From: Owenia fusiformis
Taxonomy: Eukaryota
Reading direction: 5' to 3'
Assembly (NCBI GenBank): GCA_903813345.2
Contig: CAIIXF020000001.1
Span: 27,094,001-27,158,000, forward strand
Length of the DNA stretch: 64,000 bases
The notes below the pieces were generated by a model. It had not been told where the DNA came from. It made no database searches and saw only the letters and a program-made list of their open reading frames with translations. The stretch's first letter is position 1. Every line of letters begins with the position of its first letter. Both the position numbers and the translations under genes were made by a program. Shown piece by piece: positions 1 through 8,743 of this stretch.

Positions 1-8
1 GGTTACGC

Positions 9-475
9 TTGATCGATTTCTGCTAATTTTTGGAGTTTAAGGCATTTTCACAAAATAGACACCCACCCACTATACAAAATAACACGCTTTAATAGGCATC
101 TGTTAATTTAACATGCCACTGATAAAAATATAAACCCCTACTAGATAAATAAATAAAAAAATGCTAACATTAACAGTTTTACAGCAGAACATTTTCGACC
201 AATCAAAGTGTATATGCAAATGAGCTGCTGAACCATTTCAATCAATCAGATCAGATTATTGCACTCTTTGACCCCACAACCGCCGCCGCCACCACCGCCG
301 CCACAACCGCCGCCGCCACCACCACCGCCGCCACCACCACCGCCACCACCGCCGCCGCCACCACCGCCGCCACAACCGCCGCCACCACCACCGCCACCAC
401 CGCCGCCGCCACCACCGCCGCCGCCACCACCGCCGCCGCCACCACCGCCGCCACCACCGCCGCCACCACCACCGC
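9..475 (+). repeat. Additional, slightly diverged copy of the inner part of the TIR plus a longer (CCG/CCA)n tract
   Basis: 9-275 is a direct repeat of ~1288-1550 with several substitutions and indels, followed by ~200 bp of triplet repeat. Confidence 0.85.
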
Positions 476-1594
476 CAACCTGCACCTGCACATGCCACTA
501 CCACCGGAAGTGACGTCATAGGTCACGTGCACCGGAAGTGACGTCATAGATCACGTGGTAAGATGATGCACCGGAAGTGGAAGTGACGTCATAGGTCACA
601 TGGTTACTGATATAACTGGTCAAAGGTTTCTGATAATTGATAAGAGAGAGATAATAAACTGATAAGACAGTGAAAAAGATAACTACCATGGTTTCTGATA
701 TAACTGGTCAAAGGTTACTGATAATTGATAAGAGAGAGCTCAATTGATAAGATAATCAAACAAACACTGTTAAGGTAACCTGGTGACTATGTGATAAGTT
801 ATCTTGTCTACTTCATGGATGTTTCATGGTTATAGGTCAAAGGTGGATAACAAACTGATGAAACAGTAAAAAAGATAACTGCAGAACCATTTTAACCAGA
901 CGGGTTTCAACTTGCAGAATTATGTTAACCGATCCCAGTACAGTATGTTTCAACCAATCAGGTTTTGAGATGCGATCATTTTAACCAATAAGGGATAATA
1001 TGCTTGGACTATGTTAACCAATCGTGGTACAGTATATTTTCATCCAATCAGATATAAGAAAATCGACCAATAGGAGAATATTTGTACAATTTAACCAGTT
1101 CAGACAGGTATTGAAGTTTTTTAACCAAGAGTCAATTTAAAGCATTTTTCCAATCTTCACGCTTGAGTGATTTTGGATGATTTCTGGAGTTTGAGATATT
1201 TTTTCACCAAACGGTCACTTGATTCTTACTCCTGGGTCATTTTAAAGTATTTTTTAAAGTGTCACGTTTGGGCTATTTCAGTCACTGTTGATCGATTTCT
1301 GCTAATTTTTGGAGTTTAAGGCATTTTCACAAAATAGACACCCACCCACTATACAAAATAACACGCTTTAATAGGCATCTGTTAATTTAACATGCCACTG
1401 ATAAAAATATAAACCCCTACAAGATAAATAAAAAGTGCTAACGTTAACAGTTTTACAGCAGAACATTTTCGACAAATCAAAGTGTATATGCAAATGAGCC
1501 GCAGAACCATTTCAATCAATCAGATCAGATTATTGCACTCTTCGACCCCACCACCGCCGCCGCCACCGCCGCCGCCGCCGCCACCGCCGCCGCC

Positions 1595-1642
<48 letters not shown>
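476..1642 (+). repeat. Left TIR copy (lacks the outer 28 bp present in the right TIR)
   Basis: Starts CAACCTGCACCTGCACATGCC, pairs with 4933, and ends in a (CCG/CCA)n tract at ~1546-1642. Confidence 0.9.
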
Positions 1643-1689
1643 TTTTGTGCCTTTATCATATTTTATTCAACAGAGGGATGTATTAAAAC

Positions 1690-1697
1690 TATATAAG
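1690..1697 (+). promoter_or_regulatory. Putative TATA box of the ATPase gene
   Basis: TATATAAG ~55 bp upstream of the ATG at 1750, just inside the left TIR. Confidence 0.5.
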
Positions 1698-1749
1698 TGA
1701 AAAGCAGGCTTGATTCATTCATTCAGCGCAACCTCATCTACATGACAAC

Positions 1750-2931
1750 ATGGATTATATTTGCTCAGTGTGTTCTGGCACATTTGCCAGGAAGGATATT
1801 CTTCTGAGACATATGAGAAACATTCACAAAAAAGATGAGACTAACTTCGATCTCGACTCACCTATACAGTTCAGGCATCCATTTACTAAAATTGTTGCAG
1901 GTCCTACTGGATGTGGAAAGACAACCTATGTTGTCGACCTTATTGATAGAGCCGAACAATTAATCAATCCACCACCACAAAGAATAGTATGGTTCTTCAA
2001 ACAATGGCAGCCTTTGTATGCAGAAATAAAGAGAAAACAGCCTCATATCGAGTTTGTTATGGGACTTTGCGATGACTTGATGAAGCCCGATTACTTCGAT
2101 GGAAATGTGACCAATTTGGTTGTGATAGATGATCTCATGGCGGACCTTAACAAGGCAGTTACATTGCTATACACAGCGGGTTCTCATCACAAAAATATAT
2201 CCATTATCACGCTACAACAAAATATTTTCCCACCCAATGGAGAAAGCAGAACAATGAGCTTAAACAGCCATTACTTGGTTCTATTCAAGAACCCGAGGGA
2301 TCAAAGACAGATAAGTGTTTTGGCATCTCAAATGTATCCTGGAAAGACGCATACTTTACTCGATATTTACAGACAAGCTACGGAAAATCCATTTGGTTAC
2401 TTAGTGGTGGATCTGAAGCAAGAAAGTGAAGATGGTTCGAGGCTTAAGCCTAATGCATTGCAGCAAGTTGCAGAAAGTGTTCCATATACATCATTTCAAC
2501 ATTTTTATAACACGGCAGGGAGCTCATATGCTCAACAGAGGCAAGATATGTCGGAATTCCGACCAAATACCATTGTTCAACCAACTCAGATGGATGCTAC
2601 GTATCCAGGTCCAATGGATGATGTTACTCTAAGAAACTCCTCCGTTTTACATCTCCCTCATTGTAAAGACTGTGGAACAGTGTTGATTACCACAAAACAT
2701 GCAGACATACATCAAAAATATTGCCAATATGAAGACTCTGGTAAAAATGAACCCCATGCTGAAGATTTGAAGGAAAATTATACATTTTCTACTCTGAAGC
2801 AGAACGTGTTGGATGTATTGAAGAAGCTGACACTTTGTATGAAAAATACACTACCAGGGGATTACCAGAGAAGGAAATTACTCAAAAGCTCAAAGCAAAA
2901 CTTTATCCCAAAGCAAAATCTGAGTTTTTAA
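1750..2931 (+). CDS. C2H2 zinc finger + A32/FtsK-like DNA-packaging ATPase of Maverick/Polinton type
   Basis: N-terminal YICSVCSGTFARKDILLRHMRNIH zinc finger, Walker A GPTGCGKT, Walker B LVVIDD, and the NSHYLVLFKNPRD motif typical of Maverick ATPases. Intronless. A second Cys/His cluster (CKDC...H...C) lies downstream. Probably frameshifted near 2815. Confidence 0.88.
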   Translation: MDYICSVCSGTFARKDILLRHMRNIHKKDETNFDLDSPIQFRHPFTKIVAGPTGCGKTTYVVDLIDRAEQLINPPPQRIVWFFKQWQPLYAEIKRKQPHIEFVMGLCDDLMKPDYFDGNVTNLVVIDDLMADLNKAVTLLYTAGSHHKNISIITLQQNIFPPNGESRTMSLNSHYLVLFKNPRDQRQISVLASQMYPGKTHTLLDIYRQATENPFGYLVVDLKQESEDGSRLKPNALQQVAESVPYTSFQHFYNTAGSSYAQQRQDMSEFRPNTIVQPTQMDATYPGPMDDVTLRNSSVLHLPHCKDCGTVLITTKHADIHQKYCQYEDSGKNEPHAEDLKENYTFSTLKQNVLDVLKKLTLCMKNTLPGDYQRRKLLKSSKQNFIPKQNLSF

Positions 2932-3176
2932 ATGACTATGGTGAAATTCTGAGGTTATTTATTGAAGTCAAAGATACCGATGTACATCGAGAAATAGTAG
3001 AAGAAATTGAATTCTTAGTTGATCAAGACATGTCTCTGTCGAGAGCTATCAGAAAAACTTTGGCCAAATATTCTTATATCGCTGATGAAATGTTTAACGA
3101 TGAAGAGTCTATTGACGGACATGATTCAGAAGATACAGATACATCTGGTGAGATGGAAGAAGAACGTAGTGAATGA
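2835..3176 (+). CDS. Helical/acidic ORF, probably the frameshifted C-terminal part of the ATPase protein
   Basis: Has no ATG start (TTG). Its frame is open from 2763 and overlaps the end of ORF1. Protein-like composition with an acidic tail. Confidence 0.55.
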   Translation: MYEKYTTRGLPEKEITQKLKAKLYPKAKSEFLNDYGEILRLFIEVKDTDVHREIVEEIEFLVDQDMSLSRAIRKTLAKYSYIADEMFNDEESIDGHDSEDTDTSGEMEEERSE

Positions 3177-3271
3177 ACGTTTGGTAGTCCCTTTTAGTCA
3201 CTACGATGAGAATATAAAGAGAAAGCTTAGTCATGAGCATCAGATGTTTGAGAAAAAAGGAAGAAGCAACA

Positions 3272-3667
3272 ATGCCTAAGATAGTGCCTTATGTGGATGA
3301 CCCAGAAGTGTGGAAGAAGTTTATACGAGCCCAGGTAGAAGGCAGAGTCATCGAACATGCTGGATATGGTAAGCGAGGAAAACTCAAGTGGATACCAGTG
3401 TCATCAGTCCACGAACCAATTGTTCAACACGTCAGTCCCACTGAAGCTGTTTATCAGAGAGCAAAGGCAGAAATTGACAAGCAGCAGAAAGAAATGGCTG
3501 AACGGGATCGGCCATCAAAGAGAGTTTACAGACAAATGAGTGACAATGATTCCTTTGACCACACCTATAATGGAAATGTGATGAATAGACTTTTTAAGAA
3601 ACCTAAGAAAAAGAGGGATGTTATGGTGTATTCTGGCCCACCTGGAAAACGTCAACGCAGACAGTGA
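3272..3667 (+). CDS. Small basic Maverick-associated hypothetical protein
   Basis: ACAATG context at 3272. Contains YVDDPEVWKKF...VSPTEAVYQRAKAEI and a basic C-terminus (KKPKKKR, NLS-like). Followed by AATAAA at 3720-3725 and a GT-rich tract. Confidence 0.65.
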   Translation: MPKIVPYVDDPEVWKKFIRAQVEGRVIEHAGYGKRGKLKWIPVSSVHEPIVQHVSPTEAVYQRAKAEIDKQQKEMAERDRPSKRVYRQMSDNDSFDHTYNGNVMNRLFKKPKKKRDVMVYSGPPGKRQRRQ

Positions 3668-3719
3668 TCATTTACAATGGACTATGAAATAATTTGTATA
3701 AATGACAATATGTATATTA

Positions 3720-3725
3720 AATAAA
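3720..3725 (+). terminator. Putative polyadenylation signal of the element transcript
   Basis: AATAAA 53 bp after the stop at 3667, with a GT-rich downstream element before the right TIR. Confidence 0.5.
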
Positions 3726-3777
3726 CAACTAAAGCACTAAAATACATTTTACTGTTATTGTTGGGTTGTTGTTGAAA

Positions 3778-3795
3778 GTGGTGGCGGCGGCGGTG

Positions 3796-3837
<42 letters not shown>

Positions 3838-4961
3838 GCGGCGGTGGCGGCGGCGGTGGTGGGGTCGAAGAGTGCAATAATCTGATCTGATTGATTGAAA
3901 TGGTTCTGCGGCTCATTTGCATATACACTTTGATTTGTCGAAAATGTTCTGCTGTAAAACTGTTAACGTTAGCACTTTTTATTTATCTTGTAGGGGTTTA
4001 TATTTTTATCAGTGGCATGTTAAATTAACAGATGCCTATTAAAGCGTGTTATTTTGTATAGTGGGTGGGTGTCTATTTTGTGAAAATGCCTTAAACTCCA
4101 AAAATTAGCAGAAATCGATCAACAGTGACTGAAATAGCCCAAACGTGACACTTTAAAAAATACTTTAAAATGACCCAGGAGTAAGAATCAAGTGACCGTT
4201 TGGTGAAAAAATATCTCAAACTCCAGAAATCATCCAAAATCACTCAAGCGTGAAGATTGGAAAAATGCTTTAAATTGACTCTTGGTTAAAAAACTTCAAT
4301 ACCTGTCTGAACTGGTTAAATTGTACAAATATTCTCCTATTGGTCGATTTTCTTATATCTGATTGGATGAAAATATACTGTACCACGATTGGTTAACATA
4401 GTCCAAGCATATTATCCCTTATTGGTTAAAATGATCGCATCTCAAAACCTGATTGGTTGAAACATACTGTACTGGGATCGGTTAACATAATTCTGCAAGT
4501 TGAAACCCGTCTGGTTAAAATGGTTCTGCAGTTATCTTTTTTACTGTTTCATCAGTTTGTTATCCACCTTTGACCTATAACCATGAAACATCCATGAAGT
4601 AGACAAGATAACTTATCACATAGTCACCAGGTTACCTTAACAGTGTTTGTTTGATTATCTTATCAATTGAGCTCTCTCTTATCAATATCAGTAACCTTTG
4701 ACCAGTTATATCAGAAACCATGGTAGTTATCTTTTTCACTGTCTTATCAGTTTATTATCTCTCTCTTATCAATTATCAGAAACCTTTGACCAGTTATATC
4801 AGTAACCATGTGACCTATGACGTCACTTCCACTTCCGGTGCATCATCTTACCACGTGATCTATGACGTCACTTCCGGTGCACGTGACCTATGACGTCACT
4901 TCCGGTGGTAGTGGCATGTGCAGGTGCAGGTTGCAGGTCGAAAGGCCCGCCGTATACTACT
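3778..4961 (-). repeat. Right TIR, complete with ACTACT terminus
   Basis: Reverse complement of 476-1642 plus 28 terminal bp (CAGGTCGAAAGGCCCGCCGTATACTACT). Begins with a (GGC/GGT)n tract. Confidence 0.9.
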
Positions 4962-5797
4962 TGGGAGTATCGATTGCCGAGTCGTATCCAATGATCCTGG
5001 GCCTATCGTAAAATGAAAGCTTTGAATATGTTGTTGCCTTTAAAAATGTATCTATTTTCCATGTATGCTACTAGAATTTGTGCACATACCTTATAACGAT
5101 CGATAATGGCAAAGGAAAATCCTGTAATTCTTCGTCATAATTTCTCCTTCGACGTCCGCCATTTTATATTAAACCGGAAGTTTTTCTCTGACGTCCGCGC
5201 AATGTTTTTTCACTTTTATTTCAGATTACGCTTCGGATTCAACATTTAATGCTTTCTAATATTAATTAAGTGTTTTCTATCAGAAAGATTTCATAAAAAG
5301 ACTCACACTATCAGAGATTTTATCGATTCGAGCAGCCAGAAAAATTAGTTTCAATTTCACCCGCTAGGTGTTTCGACGTCGACTTGGAAAGAATTTGAAA
5401 AATCTATGAGTGGGACTCCTTGTATGGAATTGTAGATTCTAAACGATTTGCCAGTTCTACTGGTTGATGAATATTGCCATATGCATACATTTTTATAAAA
5501 TAGGAATAAGGAAGAAGATGTTGGACCAAACTTCACCCCGATAGCTCAGAAAAGGTAAAATTTCTCCATTTTTCTCTCCACAGACCTTAGGCTTTACTGA
5601 GTCTCCAATTTTATTGTAGACGCTGTTCGCCGTTGGCGTCTGTAACAAATGGCAAGTGGTGACATTTTGCATGTTAATGTCTTGTTATCCCTTTTTATCT
5701 TATGTAGCTCCACTTCCAAACGATGGGTGTGCCATGGTTGTAATGCTCATGAAGAAGCATATGGGTAATAAAGCTTATGTTTCTCATTTTCCCATAG

Positions 5798-6325
5798 GTA
5801 CAGGGGATGAGAATGTTCTGAATGAAGTTCAGATAGAACCCGTAGCCAATGCTGACTGTGCAGCCATGTGGGCAAGATACCCTAACCCCGGTCCATGGAT
5901 ATATGACTTCCATATTTGTGCAGGAGATGGCATTAGGGGTTCGTGTTCCGTAAGTGTCCCAATGTCATCTTGAAATGCGTGTGTGGAGATCAAGAATAAC
6001 TTTGAAATATACAGAAATGGGTTCGTTAGAATGTAGTTACATATTTTTTATTGGGTTGTTTTCGTGGGGAACAAGATGGACTGATAAAAACGTTCTCTCT
6101 GATATCACTTTGTCTTAGAATAACTCTATATCTATTCTATTACGCATTTGTTCTTGCTTGTAGGGAGACTCCGGTGGACCAATGGTTTGTAGGCGTGGGT
6201 CTCAGTGGATATTAGCCGGTGTATCTTCATGGGCCATGCGAGGATGTGACACCCCTGGCTTTCCAAGTGTGTACTCTAGGATCACCAGCTTCCTTGCTTG
6301 GATCAATGAGAACACAAACGTTTAA
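5798..6325 (+). CDS. S1 (chymotrypsin/elastase-like) serine protease, last two exons (5798-5949, 6164-6325)
   Basis: AG/GT-bounded exons read ...VLNEVQIEPVANADCAAMW...HICAGDGIRGSCS | GDSGGPMVCRRGSQWILAGVSSWAMRGCDTPGFPSVYSRITSFLAWINENTNV*, including the catalytic GDSGGP. Upstream exons were not found in the window. Confidence 0.92.
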
Positions 6326-7621
6326 AGCTAGCGAGGCGGTCGTCTTTTTAGGCACAAATGTATTTTATTTCAGTTCAGTTACTGTCCAGCTGAATATTAA
6401 TTTTGACATAGAATCAGCACCTTCAACATATTTTTCCACTGATAGACATGCACAGTGCATACTAAACCATGTCAGCAACAATCCGCCAACTAACAATTCA
6501 GTATCTTCGAGAATATATAAATTGGCTGTATAATCTGGTTGACCAGCAGTAAATAGTGTATTTGGCACTGTCATGCCATCACCAGGATATTCCTAAAACG
6601 ATTTATCGTAGTGGTGGACCATGGGCTTTCAACTAACTCTAAATTGCAAGCCCATGGGTGGACCAAAAGATCATTCAAATACAAAGACGAAACTTCATAT
6701 ATTCACATTGATTATGTAATTACCTTATTATTACCAGTTATCATTAGTTTTTTGTTTAATCCAGCTCAGTATGAGACGCCAAGTAGAAAGGAATCAAATC
6801 CCTTCACACCACTTTAACCGGAATGGATTGGGTTGGTCTGGTACCCCCTTTACATCAGTTCGTGCAGTGACTAAATACAGCCATTTCTCTACCATTTCTC
6901 TTTTTTATAGAGTTAAAATGCCTGGTTAAACAAGATGAATTTTTAATGGAAGCATAAGTGGATGGCAATACCAAAGAGACAAGAGTGTTTACATTGTCTG
7001 GTTATACGTGTACATTGGTTTACTGGGAGCATTTATTATTCTCGCCTGAATATTGATTGGCTAAATGGGTGTCAGAAATAATATATTTTATTAAGGGCTT
7101 GGAAAAAGTCCTTAATATTCCCACGTAGTCCAATCAGGATTGATTAGCTGGTCAGTCGTGGACTGGTGGAAGGCAGGAAACACCATATAAGTAAACATTG
7201 AGAAATTATGTCATATTAACATTTGGATAATTATCCAAGATCTGTAAGGATTGTTTCAGTAATGATCTCTGTTTATTAGGCGTCAGAGGATTTTCTTCTT
7301 TATTTTGATTGATTAGACAAACTGTTCATGTGTCCGCAGAGGATTTGTCATCTAGATTCACATGATTGTTTCGACTTCACCCTTGAAAGTCGAAGATGAT
7401 ATCATTGGATATACTTTTAACTTGTCAACAATCATTTTTTGCACATTTTTGAAATTCAAAATAGAGTTGGATTTGAAAAACGCAGTGATTACTAAGCTCA
7501 GCTCTGTGGCTCTTTACTAGTACTCTGTGTGACCATTTTTCTCATCAAGAGTTAATTTATTTTTCTTGTTAAATTGGAATTTTGTTTAATGATTTATTTT
7601 AGATTTCATTGTGAAATCAAG

Positions 7622-8743
7622 ATGAAAACTGGGACACGGTATTGTCTTTTTGTGGGTGGAATGATCATCAGTGTTTTGATATGTGGAATAAATCTGATGA
7701 AGAAGTGGAATATGGATGACGACACGGAACAAGGAGAAACACTTCCTGCTATTCCAAATGCTACCGAGAGGAGGGACATTGTAAGTGTCAGTATTAAAAG
7801 GAGACAGGAAAATGAATTAGATGAGATCTCCAAAAATGCCGGTGGTCGTAAAAGTTGGATAGTAACGTCGACAGTGTTTAATAAAACTTATATAAAAGAA
7901 ACGACACGGCCAAGTGCATTGGGTGAGGTCATAGAACATGCGAAGATGGTTGCTAAAGAAGCTCGAGGAGGCATAGTTGCTGTGACGATGGTCAATGAAG
8001 CGTATCTTGAACTGACGTACAGTTGGTTGTGTAACACTGCTAACATGAGTGTACATGATAATGTACTTATTATAGCCACAGATGAAACTACTTTGCAAAG
8101 ATTGCAGAAAGACTGGCCTCGCATCAATACAGTTTTGTACTCAATCAACAATTCTGAACTATCCTATAACGAAGTAGGATATGTTCGGTATATGTTGATT
8201 AGAACTCGGTTTCTAGTTGCATTACTCATTAGCAAAATACAGGTCCTATTGTTCGAAGTTGATGCTATCTGGTTTTCCTCGCCATTGCCTTTGTTACAGA
8301 CTCTAGTCCATTACGATCTTGTTGCTGCTCAAATTTCCACGAGGAACCACACTATAGCTGGTGGCTTCCTTTTTCTACAACCATCAGCAATACAGGTATT
8401 AAACCGAGTTGTGTACAGGCTTCAAAAATTTATGAAAATCTTCTCTAATATTGGTGTTAACAAACAGTTGCCCGTGGTGGTCAATGATCAAACAATTCTG
8501 CAAGAAGTTGTGGTATCACAACCAAATCTGAAGTACAAACTACTGGATTTTGACATTATTGCAGATGGACAATGGTACACACGTACAAATGCGCTAAATG
8601 CGACACCTATTGTTTTAAATAACAACTGGATAATTGGAAATAGAGCAAAGATAGCAAGAGCCAAAAAATTTGGACATTGGTTTCAAGACGAGAGCGGTTC
8701 TTGTGACTGGATCCGTGTTAGAAAAATAACAAAGATTGTTTAA
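7622..8743 (+). CDS. Type II membrane glycosyltransferase, nucleotide-diphospho-sugar transferase (GT77/RGXT-like) family
   Basis: N-terminal TM anchor (YCLFVGGMIISVLICGI), then a stem. Motifs: NEAYLELTYSWLCN, VLLFEVDAIW (DxD variant), AGGFLFL, NDQTIL, NNNWIIGNRAKIARAKKFGHWF. Single coding exon with a splice acceptor at 7601-7602 before the ATG. Confidence 0.85.
   Translation: MKTGTRYCLFVGGMIISVLICGINLMKKWNMDDDTEQGETLPAIPNATERRDIVSVSIKRRQENELDEISKNAGGRKSWIVTSTVFNKTYIKETTRPSALGEVIEHAKMVAKEARGGIVAVTMVNEAYLELTYSWLCNTANMSVHDNVLIIATDETTLQRLQKDWPRINTVLYSINNSELSYNEVGYVRYMLIRTRFLVALLISKIQVLLFEVDAIWFSSPLPLLQTLVHYDLVAAQISTRNHTIAGGFLFLQPSAIQVLNRVVYRLQKFMKIFSNIGVNKQLPVVVNDQTILQEVVVSQPNLKYKLLDFDIIADGQWYTRTNALNATPIVLNNNWIIGNRAKIARAKKFGHWFQDESGSCDWIRVRKITKIV

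Larger units (their letters stand above)
476..4961. mobile_element. Compact Maverick/Polinton-like element bounded by ~1.17-kb TIRs
   Basis: 476-1642 is the near-perfect reverse complement of 3778-4933. The right end finishes ...CCGTATACTACT (4961), i.e. 5'-AGTAGT on the minus strand, the typical Polinton terminus. The TIRs enclose a Maverick-type ATPase. The true left terminus is not in the window. Confidence 0.85.

Noticed and set aside
246-547. Poly-Pro/Gly/Ala/Arg-Trp ORFs (also 1482-1700)
   Set aside because: Translations of the (CCG/CCA)n tracts in the TIRs, open in many frames; no evidence of coding.
5656-6533. ORFs 5656-5973 and 6219-6533 as whole genes
   Set aside because: Only the spliced portions 5798-5949 and 6164-6325 are protease-coding; the second ORF is in a different frame.
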